From: Prevotella sp.
Lineage (GTDB): Bacteria; Bacteroidota; Bacteroidia; Bacteroidales; Bacteroidaceae
DNA: 64,000 nucleotides
Reading direction: 5' to 3'
Assembly: GCA_017960525.1 (NCBI GenBank)
Contig: JAGCZA010000049.1
Location: 8,911-72,910, forward strand
Shown here piece after piece: positions 1-8,691 of the stretch. The notes below the pieces were generated by a model. That model made no database searches. It was not told the origin of the DNA and saw only the letters and a list, made by a program, of their open reading frames with translations. The translations under genes were made by a program, and so were the position numbers. How positions within the stretch are numbered: position 1 is the first letter of the stretch; each line of letters starts with the position of its first letter.

Positions 1-20
1 CGTTCCCCTCAAACCAGAAG

Positions 21-57
21 CAGGAGGCTGTGTCACGATGAGTGACGCAGCCTCCTG
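21..57. terminator. 16-bp hairpin downstream of pulA (terminator or palindromic repeat)
   Basis: CAGGAGGCTGTGTCAC-gatga-GTGACGCAGCCTCCTG, one G-T pair, no clear U-tract. Confidence 0.5.
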
Positions 58-145
58 TCTTCCTGTGACGTGGCGGGGTTGAGCGGTCTGGTTTTACCGG
101 CGTGTCTGCCATAGATTTGCGCGACGGCGGCAGAGAAGTCGTCTT

Positions 146-2098
146 TCAGTCGTGGAGAATAAGGGCTGACTGCTGCTCTGCCGTCACGCTGTTACCTTTC
201 ACTTGTCCGAGACCCTGTTCGTCAATTCTGCCATTGGCACAGACGATGGTGTATTCCCCCTCCGGGATGCTCACCTTGCGCGGCGTGCTGTTGGCATTGA
301 GAATCACGATGATGTTTTTCCATTCGTCGCCGCCGGCATTGTCTTTCAGGCGGAAGGCTACCAGGCAGTCTTCGCCAGACAGAAATTCCAGATGCTGCCT
401 CACAAGGTCAGCCTTTCCCAGACGGAAGGCCGGGTGATGGCGGCGCAGGGCTATCAGCCGCTTGTAGTAGTCGAAAACCTGTGGGAAATGCTCTTTGTTG
501 CCCCAGTCTATCTGGTTGATGCTGTCGGGCGACTCAAAACTGTTGTGTACTCCCTGCTTCGTGCGCAGCAGCTCTTCGCCGCAGAGCATAAACGGCACAC
601 CCTGAGAGGTGAACACCGCCGTCTGGGCCAGCAGGTCCAACTTGATAAGCTGGGAGTAGGAAGTCGAGGGTTGTGCGTTTTCGGTCTTTGGGGCAAGCGC
701 TGGGATGCTGCACTTCAGTCGGTCTGTCAAGCACATGTCGTCGTGACAGCTCACGTATGCAATCATCTGGGTGGGTTCCTTTGCGTAGGGTTCCTGGCTG
801 TAGTTCACCTGCGCATAGTCCACCTGTGGGTGCTCTACCATACCGGCGATGCCTGCCTTCAGGCTCTCCTCCATACCTGGAATACCAGCAAGAAAGGCAC
901 CCTTGGTGTCGTCGCTGAATGGGCCCCGTAGGGCGTCGCGCATATCGTCGCAGAAGGCAGCGATGCCCATCATCTGCCGCATATTGGCTTTCATAGCCAG
1001 CTGTTCGGCGGGCACGGCGCAACTTCCGGCGCTCCATCCCTCTCCGTAGATGAAGATGGAGGGGTCTATATCGTTGACGGCAGCTCGTATGGCTTTCATT
1101 GTCTCAATGTCGTGTATGCCCATCAGGTCGAACCGGAATCCGTCGATGTGGTATTCGTTAATCCAGTACTTCACGCTCTCTATCATAAACTGTCGCATCA
1201 TCGGTTTCTCCGAGGCGGTTTCATTGCCACAGCCCGAACCGTTGGAATACTGGCCGTCGGCGGTCTTGCGGTAGTAGTAGTCGGGGAAGGTCCGCTGGAA
1301 GTTGCTGTGGTCAATGTCGTAGGTGTGATTGTAGACTACATCGAGCACTACGGCGATGCCGGCCTTGTGCAGGGCCTGCACCATTTGCTTGAACTCACGG
1401 ATGCGCAGTTCCGGGGTAAAGGGGTCGGTAGAGTAGCTGCCTTCGGGCACATTGTAGTTTACTGGGTCGTAGCCCCAGTTGTATTGTGGGCAGGAGTCAA
1501 TGCGTGTCTCGTCCACGGAGCCGTAGTCGTAGGAGGGTAGGATATGGACGGCGTTGATGCCCAGCTCCGTCAGGTGGTCGATGGCCCAAGGCTCTGTGAG
1601 GGCCAGGAACTTGCCGGGATATTCAGCTCCGGGCTTTGCCACAGAGAAGTCACGGTGGTGCATTTCATAGACTATCCAGTCCTGATAATTTCGGCCTTCC
1701 AATACCGACTTCCTGAAGGCTGCATCGTCAGCCCAACCTTCGGGGTCGGTGTTGCGCAGGTCAAGTATCACACCCTTTTGCCCGTTCACGGTTACTGCCT
1801 TGGCAAATACGCCGGGCGATGCCTGCCCGTCGACCACAAACTGGTAGGTGCTCCCCTGAAGGTCGCCCTTGACAGTCGCTGTCCAAATGGCTCCTTCCTC
1901 TACGGGAATGTCCGTCTTTTCCATTATCACGCTGTCCTCGCCCACTACCACTATGCAGCGGGCCTCGCTTGGGGCAAACAGCTTGAACACCGTCTCGCTG
2001 GTCGAGTATGTCATTTCGTCGAAGTGGAAGTCTTCCACTTTCTGGCTCTCGCAGGCCATCATTATAGTCGTCATTCCGATAATCAGTAGTCTTTTCAT
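146..2098 (-). CDS. pulA: Type I pullulanase, GH13, lipoprotein
   Basis: YNWGYDP, DVVYNH, GFRFDLM, YGEGW and CHDD motifs; lipobox MMAC. Confidence 0.92.
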   Translation of the reverse strand: MKRLLIIGMTTIMMACESQKVEDFHFDEMTYSTSETVFKLFAPSEARCIVVVGEDSVIMEKTDIPVEEGAIWTATVKGDLQGSTYQFVVDGQASPGVFAKAVTVNGQKGVILDLRNTDPEGWADDAAFRKSVLEGRNYQDWIVYEMHHRDFSVAKPGAEYPGKFLALTEPWAIDHLTELGINAVHILPSYDYGSVDETRIDSCPQYNWGYDPVNYNVPEGSYSTDPFTPELRIREFKQMVQALHKAGIAVVLDVVYNHTYDIDHSNFQRTFPDYYYRKTADGQYSNGSGCGNETASEKPMMRQFMIESVKYWINEYHIDGFRFDLMGIHDIETMKAIRAAVNDIDPSIFIYGEGWSAGSCAVPAEQLAMKANMRQMMGIAAFCDDMRDALRGPFSDDTKGAFLAGIPGMEESLKAGIAGMVEHPQVDYAQVNYSQEPYAKEPTQMIAYVSCHDDMCLTDRLKCSIPALAPKTENAQPSTSYSQLIKLDLLAQTAVFTSQGVPFMLCGEELLRTKQGVHNSFESPDSINQIDWGNKEHFPQVFDYYKRLIALRRHHPAFRLGKADLVRQHLEFLSGEDCLVAFRLKDNAGGDEWKNIIVILNANSTPRKVSIPEGEYTIVCANGRIDEQGLGQVKGNSVTAEQQSALILHD

Positions 2099-2171
2099 AA
2101 TTGTGTCTGTCCTAAAGTCGCTTTCATATTTTATTGATGTATTAAGGAAATAGCAAACCCCACTCCCTTGG

Positions 2172-2209
2172 TCCCTCCCCCTTGAAGGGATGGAACAGGG
2201 GGCGGGGTC
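2172..2209. repeat. G/C-rich palindromic element (REP-like)
   Basis: TCCCTCCCCCTTGAAGGGATGGAACAGGGGGCGGGGTC, similar to 63073-63110 and 49369-49400. Confidence 0.55.
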
Positions 2210-2253
2210 TGAAAACCTGGCTAAGTGGAGCTGTTTTATGCTCTCCTACAGCC

Positions 2254-3756
2254 TTATTTCACGTACTCCGAGAAGTCGGTCAGGTGCATGTCGCCTTTGC
2301 GGACCAGCGTGTCGTGCATGGCGAAGGCGGCGGTGAGGCAGTGGCGCGTATGGCCGCCGGTGCCTAACTTCAGGTATTCGCGCAGCAGCGGACGGTAGTC
2401 GGGGTGTGCGCAGTTCTCAATGATGGCCTCGGCACGCTGCATGGGACTTTTGTGGCGCAGGTCGGCGATGCCTTGCTCGGTGACAACCACGTTCACGTCG
2501 TGCTCCGAAGAGTCTTGGTGGGTGACGAAAGGCACAATCGAGGAGATGCATCCGCCCTTTGCCGTCGACGGGCAAGTGAAGATGCTCAGGTAGGCGTTGC
2601 GCTCGAAGTCGCCGCTGCCGCCAATGCCGTTCATCATCTTGGTGCCGCTGATGTGGGTCGAGTTCACATTGCCGTAGAGGTCCACCTCGATGGCGGTGTT
2701 GATGGCAATGACGCCCAGACGGCGGATGACTGCCGGGTGGTTGGAGATTTCGCTCTGGCGCAGGGTCAGGTGGTCCTTGAAGTAGCCGATGTTGTCGTAG
2801 ACCTGCATCAGGCAGTCGTTGCTGACAGTGAGTGAGCAGGCCGAAGCGTCTTTCACACGACCGTTGAGCATCATGTCGATGACCGAGTTCTGGATGACCT
2901 CAGTATAGATGTTGAAGTCGGGCACGTGCTTGTCCTGGCCCAGAGCGCCGAGGATGGCGTTGGCCGTCGAGCCTACGCCGCTCTGCAGAGGCAGGAACTC
3001 CTTGGGGATGCGTCCGGCGTGCAACTCTGAGACAAGGAATTCGGCTGTGAGATAGCCGATTTTGTCGGTCACGGGGTCGCTGTCCTTGAAGGCGCGGGCC
3101 TCGTCGGGGATGTTGCAATCTACCACACCGGCCACCTTCTCGCGGGGGATGGAGACGTAGGGCTTGCCGATGCGGTCGCCCACATTGAAGATGGGGATGG
3201 GCTTGCGGTAAGGCGGGTCGAGCGGCTCGTAGACATCGTGGATGTACTTGGCGTTAGGGCTGTGGAAGGCGTTCAGCTCCAGGATGACCTTCTTGGCCAG
3301 ACGGGCAGCCGTGGGGCTGATGCCGCCGGCGGCGGTCAGATAGACGCGGAACTCGTCGCCCACCTCCTCAATGTCGCAGACTTCGAGGATGGCCCAGTCC
3401 ACATCGCCGTAGAAACCGTAGCGCAGCTCCTGTGCCATGTGGCTCAGGTGCAGGTCGTTGTAAGGGATTTCTCCCATATTCACGTGCTTGCGGAAGTCGG
3501 GGTTCGTGGTGTAGGGAGCACGGTACTTCAGGGCCTGTGCGTTAGCCAGGTCGCCGTCGGTGCTCTGGCCGGTGCTGGCACCGGTGTAGATTTCTACCTT
3601 GAACTCGCGGCCGGCCTCATGTTCGGCAATGGCAATCTTGGCCAATTCCTTGGTTGTTGCTTTGGCCACGCCAGCAGGCGTGAAGCCACTCATGGCGATA
3701 TGGTCGCCGTTTTTGATTAGTGATGCTGCTTCGGCAGCGGTCAAACGTGTGTACAT
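2254..3756 (-). CDS. Acetyl-CoA hydrolase / succinate CoA-transferase
   Basis: SGFTPAG, LQSGVG, TEVIQ and NGIGGSGDF motifs. Confidence 0.9.
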   Translation of the reverse strand: MYTRLTAAEAASLIKNGDHIAMSGFTPAGVAKATTKELAKIAIAEHEAGREFKVEIYTGASTGQSTDGDLANAQALKYRAPYTTNPDFRKHVNMGEIPYNDLHLSHMAQELRYGFYGDVDWAILEVCDIEEVGDEFRVYLTAAGGISPTAARLAKKVILELNAFHSPNAKYIHDVYEPLDPPYRKPIPIFNVGDRIGKPYVSIPREKVAGVVDCNIPDEARAFKDSDPVTDKIGYLTAEFLVSELHAGRIPKEFLPLQSGVGSTANAILGALGQDKHVPDFNIYTEVIQNSVIDMMLNGRVKDASACSLTVSNDCLMQVYDNIGYFKDHLTLRQSEISNHPAVIRRLGVIAINTAIEVDLYGNVNSTHISGTKMMNGIGGSGDFERNAYLSIFTCPSTAKGGCISSIVPFVTHQDSSEHDVNVVVTEQGIADLRHKSPMQRAEAIIENCAHPDYRPLLREYLKLGTGGHTRHCLTAAFAMHDTLVRKGDMHLTDFSEYVK

Positions 3757-3781
3757 TAAGTATGTTGTTTAGTTAGAATAA

Positions 3782-4681
3782 TTACACGAGATGTGCAATC
3801 AGGTCCTCGCGGTCGCCGGGCAGCATGTCGATGACTGGAATCTCTATCATCGTGTAGCAGCCGGGCTGCTGACGCATGGAGGCGCGTGCCACGTTCACGA
3901 GCACCTGGCCTGTGAGGGCAGGGTTGTTGATGCTCATATTGAACTCCAGACGCTGGTTCTGCGTCTTGCCGCTCACGCCCTTGCGCACAAGGTTCACGCC
4001 GTGGCCCATGTCGCGCACGTCATCGACGCTCTCCACCTGGAACACGTGGGTCTCGTCTGAGGCGAAATAGGGATCGGCCTTGATGGCAGCCGTCACCTCG
4101 TCCAGTTTTGCGCCCTCTTCCAGTTCCACATAGACCATACGGCGATGTATGCCCTCGCCGAGGGGAATGGTCATTGAGAGGGCGTTCTTCACACCAGCCT
4201 TGGAGCGGACGCAAACGCTATGGCCCATCGACATACCTGGGCCGAAGTTGGTGTAACTCAAACCCTTGGGGGCCAGGCTCTGCATCAGCGTGCGCACAAT
4301 GGAATCGCTGCCCGGGTCCCATCCGGCAGCAATGACGCTGACGGTACCCGTCTGCTTGTTCAGTTCCATTAGCGACCGGCGGTAGTCGCGGATGCTGGTG
4401 TGTATGTCAAACGAGTCGACGGTGTTGATGCCCAGCGGCAGTATCTGCCTGGCATACTCCTCACACGAGCGTGTGGGCGTGGCCAATATGGCCACATCAA
4501 CGTCGCGAAGTTCGCGTATGTCCTTTACAACCTCGTAAGAGGCCAGTTCTGCCGGTTTGTCGGCAGCTCCGTTTCGGCGCACCACACCGGCAATCTCAAA
4601 GTCGGGTGCGGCCTCCAGTGCCTCAATGGCGTAGCGTCCAATGTTGCCGTAACCTACTACGGCTGCTCTGATCTTTTTCAT
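3782..4681 (-). CDS. ddh: meso-diaminopimelate dehydrogenase
   Basis: VGYGNIG Rossmann motif, TVDSFDIH, GWDPG, GPGMSMGHS; start moved to MKKIRAA. Confidence 0.92.
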   Translation of the reverse strand: MKKIRAAVVGYGNIGRYAIEALEAAPDFEIAGVVRRNGAADKPAELASYEVVKDIRELRDVDVAILATPTRSCEEYARQILPLGINTVDSFDIHTSIRDYRRSLMELNKQTGTVSVIAAGWDPGSDSIVRTLMQSLAPKGLSYTNFGPGMSMGHSVCVRSKAGVKNALSMTIPLGEGIHRRMVYVELEEGAKLDEVTAAIKADPYFASDETHVFQVESVDDVRDMGHGVNLVRKGVSGKTQNQRLEFNMSINNPALTGQVLVNVARASMRQQPGCYTMIEIPVIDMLPGDREDLIAHLV

Positions 4682-4713
4682 GTCTTTTTGTGTTGTGTTT
4701 GGTAAATCGACTG

Positions 4714-4745
4714 CAAAAGTACACTTTTTATGCGAACCCTCCAAA
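4714..4745 (-). promoter_or_regulatory. Bacteroidota sigma70 promoter (ddh)
   Basis: -7 TACTTTTG and -33 TTTG, 20-nt spacer. Confidence 0.7.
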
Positions 4746-4813
4746 TATGTGAACTTTTTTTAACCTCATATTCATAAACTAATGTGAAAAGGGGCTAAAG
4801 AAATGTTATAAGT

Positions 4814-4845
4814 TTTGGAGGGATGGGAAAAACTTCTTACCTTTG
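4814..4845 (+). promoter_or_regulatory. Bacteroidota sigma70 promoter (ftsY)
   Basis: TTTG-20 nt-TACCTTTG. Confidence 0.7.
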
Positions 4846-4868
4846 CGCCTTGTAATACGTATTCGACC

Positions 4869-5825
4869 ATGGGATTATTTGATTTTTTTAGTAAGAAGAA
4901 AAAGCAGGAAACACTTGACAAAGGCCTTGAGAAGACAAAAACTTCTGTGTTTGACAAGTTGGCCCGTGCCATTGCCGGCAAGTCAAAAGTGGACGACGAT
5001 GTGCTGGACAATTTAGAAGAGGTGCTCATCACCAGCGATGTGGGCGTGGAGACCACGTTGAAGATTATCAAGCGCATTGAAGAGCGTGTGGCACGCGACA
5101 AGTATGTTTCCACCTCTGAACTGAACGTGATACTGAGGGACGAGATTGCTGCCCTGCTGGCAGAGACTGGCAACGGCGATAGTGACGACTGGGATTTGCC
5201 TGTCGACCATCGTCCTTACGTCATCCTTGTGGTTGGCGTTAATGGCGTGGGCAAGACCACTACCATTGGCAAACTGGCTTGGCAGTTCAAGCAGGCCGGC
5301 AAGAAGGTCTATCTGGGCGCTGCCGATACGTTCCGTGCCGCTGCCGTTGAGCAGTTGTGCATTTGGGGCGAAAGGGTGGGGGTACCCGTGGTGAAGCAGC
5401 AGATGGGTAGCGACCCCGCCTCTGTGGCCTTCGACACGTTGCAGAGCGCCAAGGCCAATGGTGCCGACGTGGTGCTGATAGACACGGCTGGCCGCCTACA
5501 CAATAAAGTTGGCCTGATGAACGAGTTGAAGAAAATCAAGGACGTGATGAAGAAAGTGCTGCCGCAGGCCCCCGACGAGGTGTTGTTGGTGCTCGACGGC
5601 TCCACCGGCCAGAACGCTTTCGAGCAGGCCAAGCAGTTCGCCGCCGTCACCCAGATTACCAGCCTGGCCATCACCAAACTCGACGGCACGGCCAAGGGTG
5701 GCGTGGTCATCGGCATCAGCGACCAGTTGCAAGTGCCTGTGAAGTACATAGGACTGGGCGAAGGGATGGAAGACCTCCAACTATTCGACCGAAAAGATTT
5801 CGTCGACAGCCTCTTTAAAAATTAG
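4869..5825 (+). CDS. ftsY: SRP receptor FtsY
   Basis: GVNGVGKTTT, DTFRAAA, DTAGR and TKLDGTAKGG; start moved to MGLFDFF. Confidence 0.96.
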   Translation: MGLFDFFSKKKKQETLDKGLEKTKTSVFDKLARAIAGKSKVDDDVLDNLEEVLITSDVGVETTLKIIKRIEERVARDKYVSTSELNVILRDEIAALLAETGNGDSDDWDLPVDHRPYVILVVGVNGVGKTTTIGKLAWQFKQAGKKVYLGAADTFRAAAVEQLCIWGERVGVPVVKQQMGSDPASVAFDTLQSAKANGADVVLIDTAGRLHNKVGLMNELKKIKDVMKKVLPQAPDEVLLVLDGSTGQNAFEQAKQFAAVTQITSLAITKLDGTAKGGVVIGISDQLQVPVKYIGLGEGMEDLQLFDRKDFVDSLFKN

Positions 5826-5903
5826 GACGAACCAATTGCCCAAAGAGGACGAACTAATTAGGCAAAGAGGACGAACCAATTACCTAAAGAGGACGAACCA
5901 ATT
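5825..5903 (+). repeat. Four-unit tandem array, 22-bp period, core GGACGAACYAATT
   Basis: Cores at 5825, 5847, 5869 and 5891; variable bases between cores. Confidence 0.9.
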
Positions 5904-5945
5904 TTTACAGCCCCCTTGATTAATAGTTGAAATAGGATTTAACAG

Positions 5946-7286
5946 ATGATGACCATTGATTTCATTTCCTTAGGATGCTCGAAGAATCTCGTGGATAGCG
6001 AGATGCTGATGGGGCTGTTCGAGGCTGCGGGCTATCGTGTGACGCACGACAGTCCTGACCCGCAGGGTGAAGTGGTGGTTATCAATACGTGCGGTTTTAT
6101 TGCCGATGCAAAGGAGGAAAGCATCAACACCATCTTGGAACAGGTGCAACGAAAGGCAGAGGGGTCTGTGAAGCGCATCTATGTGATGGGCTGTCTCTCA
6201 GAGCGTTACCTTGCTGATTTGGAGGCAGAGATTCCTGAGGTCGATGGTTGGTTCGGGAAGTTCAACTACAAGGAACTCCTCTCTGTCATTGGCCATTCTC
6301 CATTGACCATTGACCATTCGGAAGTCGCAGCCAAAAATGTTCAATGTTCAATGGTCAATGGTAAATGGCAAAGACATTTGACCACACCTTCCCACTACGC
6401 CTATATCAAAATCAGCGAGGGTTGCGACCGCACGTGTGCCTATTGTGCCATCCCCCTCATAACGGGTCGTCATCAGAGCCGGCCTATGGAGGAGATTCTG
6501 GAGGAAGTGCGCCAATTGGTGAAGCGAGGCGTTGTGGAGTTTCAGTTGATTGCCCAAGAACTGACCTACTATGGTACAGACATTTACGGACGTCAGCGCA
6601 TAGCCGAACTGGTGGAGCAAATGGCCGACATTCAGGGTGTGCGCTGGATTCGCCTGCATTATGCTTACCCCACCCATTTCCCTTGGGAACTGGCCAGGGT
6701 GATGCGCGAAAAGAAAAACGTGTGCCGCTATCTCGACGTGGCCCTTCAGCACATCAGCGACAACGTGCTCGCACGTATGCGCCGCAATGTTAGCAAGCAG
6801 GAAACCATCGAGTTTATCGAAAGGCTGCGCCGCGAAGTGCCAGGTCTGCATCTGCGCACCACGCTGATGGTGGGTTTCCCAGGCGAGACGGAAGCAGATT
6901 TCCAAGAACTCATCGAGTTTACCAAATGGGCCCGTTTCGAGCGGATGGGCGCCTTTGCCTATAGTGAGGAGGAGGGCACCTGGTCGGCTTTGCATTATCA
7001 GGATGATGTACCTGAAGATGTGAAACAAAGGCGACTGGACAAACTGATGCGTGTGCAACAGAACATCAGCGCCGAGTTGGAGGCACAGAAGATTGGCACC
7101 GTCCTACCCGTTGTCGTAGACCGATTGGAAGGGCCTTACTATGTTGGACGCTCAGAATTTTGTTCGCCAGAAGTTGACCCGGAAGTACTGATTGCCGCCG
7201 ACAAGGCCGAAATGACGATTGGTGAGATGTACGACGTGAAAATAACTGGCTCTGAGGAGTTCGATGTCTACGGTGAGGTCGTCTAA
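5946..7286 (+). CDS. rimO: Ribosomal protein S12 methylthiotransferase
   Basis: SLGCSKNLVDSE, NTCGFI, radical SAM CDRTCAYC, C-terminal TRAM domain. Confidence 0.93.
   Translation: MMTIDFISLGCSKNLVDSEMLMGLFEAAGYRVTHDSPDPQGEVVVINTCGFIADAKEESINTILEQVQRKAEGSVKRIYVMGCLSERYLADLEAEIPEVDGWFGKFNYKELLSVIGHSPLTIDHSEVAAKNVQCSMVNGKWQRHLTTPSHYAYIKISEGCDRTCAYCAIPLITGRHQSRPMEEILEEVRQLVKRGVVEFQLIAQELTYYGTDIYGRQRIAELVEQMADIQGVRWIRLHYAYPTHFPWELARVMREKKNVCRYLDVALQHISDNVLARMRRNVSKQETIEFIERLRREVPGLHLRTTLMVGFPGETEADFQELIEFTKWARFERMGAFAYSEEEGTWSALHYQDDVPEDVKQRRLDKLMRVQQNISAELEAQKIGTVLPVVVDRLEGPYYVGRSEFCSPEVDPEVLIAADKAEMTIGEMYDVKITGSEEFDVYGEVV
6287..6370. repeat. Inverted heptamer-repeat element in-frame in rimO
   Basis: (CATTGAC-like)x5, AAGTCGCAGCCAAA, (AATGGTC-like)x5; 84 nt. 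Confidence 0.85.
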
Positions 7287-7547
7287 TACGCATGATTCAA
7301 CCTTCCACTCCTCTACAGTGCCGGTCTGCTGAAGTATGACGAAAAGGCAGGACGACTCACAAGGGCAGAAGGACTGACCAACCTAAGTGCACAATCAGTA
7401 AAGTGTGGGAATTGTTGTCGTTTGCCCGCACCTTTCATTAGGTTTTGCCGGAGAGAAAGTTAAAGTCAGGATGTTCTCCAAGAAACAGACGAACAGCCAG
7501 ACAAAACAAGAGAATAAAAGCTGAGATTGAAAAAAAAACAAAAAAAA

Positions 7548-7579
7548 TTTGGCTATATTCAGGAAAAACATTACCTTTG
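7548..7579 (+). promoter_or_regulatory. Promoter of tRNA pair
   Basis: TTTG-20 nt-TACCTTTG. Confidence 0.75.
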
Positions 7580-7607
7580 CACCCGCAAACAAATAAAACA
7601 CCAAATT

Positions 7608-7681
7608 GTCGGCATAGCTCAGTTGGTTAGAGTATCACCTTGACATGGTGGGGGTCCTTGGTCCGAATCCAAGTGTCGACA
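7608..7681 (+). tRNA. tRNA-Val(GAC)
   Basis: Acceptor GTCGGCA/TGTCGAC, anticodon loop TTGACAT, T-arm CTTGG-TCCGAAT-CCAAG. Confidence 0.9.
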
Positions 7682-7682
7682 C

Positions 7683-7717
7683 AAAAAGAGCGATGCATAC
7701 GGTCATCGCCTTTTTTT
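7683..7717 (+). terminator. Intrinsic terminator-like hairpin between the two tRNAs
   Basis: GCGATG/CATCGC stem followed by CTTTTTTT. Confidence 0.5.
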
Positions 7718-7727
7718 ATTCGCCCAA

Positions 7728-7809
7728 GCGCCTGTGGCGGAATTGGTAGACGCGCCAGACTTAGGATCTGGTTTCTCCCGAAGTGCAGGTTCGAGTCCTG
7801 TCAGGCGCA
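7728..7809 (+). tRNA. tRNA-Leu(TAG)
   Basis: Acceptor GCGCCTG/CAGGCGC, anticodon arm CCAGA-CTTAGGA-TCTGG, long variable arm, GGTTCGAGTCC. Confidence 0.95.
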
Positions 7810-7846
7810 CGCCGAATCGTTTTCTTTCAAATTTTTGGTTCGTCCA

Positions 7847-7878
7847 TTTGGTCATTTCACTTTTTATTTGTACTTTTG
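7847..7878 (+). promoter_or_regulatory. Promoter of 5'-nucleotidase pair
   Basis: TTTG-20 nt-TACTTTTG; abuts a single TTTGGTTCGTCCA repeat core at 7834-7846. Confidence 0.65.
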
Positions 7879-7903
7879 TTGCCGATTATTTGATTATTTG
7901 GCT

Positions 7904-8665
7904 ATGAGGAAAGCATTACTATTGGTAGGAATGGGGGCTGTCTGTCTTGCTGGCTGCAGGCAGCACTACGAACTCGCATCAGTCAGCCGCAGCCGCTTAG
8001 TGGTGGACAGCCGCTACGATGCGCAGGCCGACGCTGGGGCTGCAACATTCCTAGCCCCTTACAAGCAGAAAGTAGACTCGGTGATGGGCCCAGTGCTTGG
8101 CGAGGCGGCTCACGATATGGCCGCTGAACGTCCGGAGAGTGACCTGTCGAACCTGTTGCCCGACATTCTTTTGTATATGTCGAAGGATTACGGCGAGCAG
8201 CCCGACTTCGGCATTTATAATATTGGTGGCATCCGTGCGGCACTTTCCAAGGGTAAGGTGACCTACGGCGACGTGCTTGACGTGGCGCCGTTTGAGAACA
8301 AGATTTGCTTTGTCACCCTCACGGGCGACAAGGTGCTGGAACTGTTCAGTCAGATAGCCAGCCGAGGTGGCGAGGGTGTCAGCCACGGCGTTGAGCTTGT
8401 AGTGAGCCGTGACCACAAGCTGGTTTCTGCCCGCCTGAACGGGCAGCCTATTGACCCGGCCAAGAGCTATCGCATCACTACCATCGACTATCTGGCACAG
8501 GGCAACGACGGGCTGAAGGCGTTCAAGAGCGGCACCAACCTGAACTCACCCCAGGAGGAGCACAACAACTCTCGCTACGTGATAGGCAACTACTTCCGCG
8601 AAATGCAGAAGAAGGGCAAGGCTGTAGCATCGAAAGTGGAGGGAAGGATAAAGATTGAACATTGA
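7904..8665 (+). CDS. 5'-nucleotidase C-terminal domain lipoprotein
   Basis: Lipobox LAGC; NIGGIRA, PFEN and TIDYLAQGNDG; start moved to MRKALL because the longer ORF runs through the tRNAs. Confidence 0.85.
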   Translation: MRKALLLVGMGAVCLAGCRQHYELASVSRSRLVVDSRYDAQADAGAATFLAPYKQKVDSVMGPVLGEAAHDMAAERPESDLSNLLPDILLYMSKDYGEQPDFGIYNIGGIRAALSKGKVTYGDVLDVAPFENKICFVTLTGDKVLELFSQIASRGGEGVSHGVELVVSRDHKLVSARLNGQPIDPAKSYRITTIDYLAQGNDGLKAFKSGTNLNSPQEEHNNSRYVIGNYFREMQKKGKAVASKVEGRIKIEH

Positions 8666-8688
8666 AAATTGACCATTGAACATTGAAG
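8654..8688 (+). repeat. Heptamer array (ATTGAAN)x5 at gene junction
   Basis: ATTGAAC ATTGAAA ATTGACC ATTGAAC ATTGAAG. Confidence 0.8.
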
Positions 8689-8691
8689 ATT

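Noticed and set aside
7287-7440. Tiny ORFs and GGACG-like traces after rimO
   Set aside because: Too degenerate to distinguish from chance.
7608-7830. tRNA integration site or genomic island
   Set aside because: No integrase and no duplicated tRNA 3' end seen in the window.
7640-7903. N-terminal extension of the 341-aa ORF
   Set aside because: It runs through two tRNA genes; the real start is at 7904 with a lipoprotein signal.
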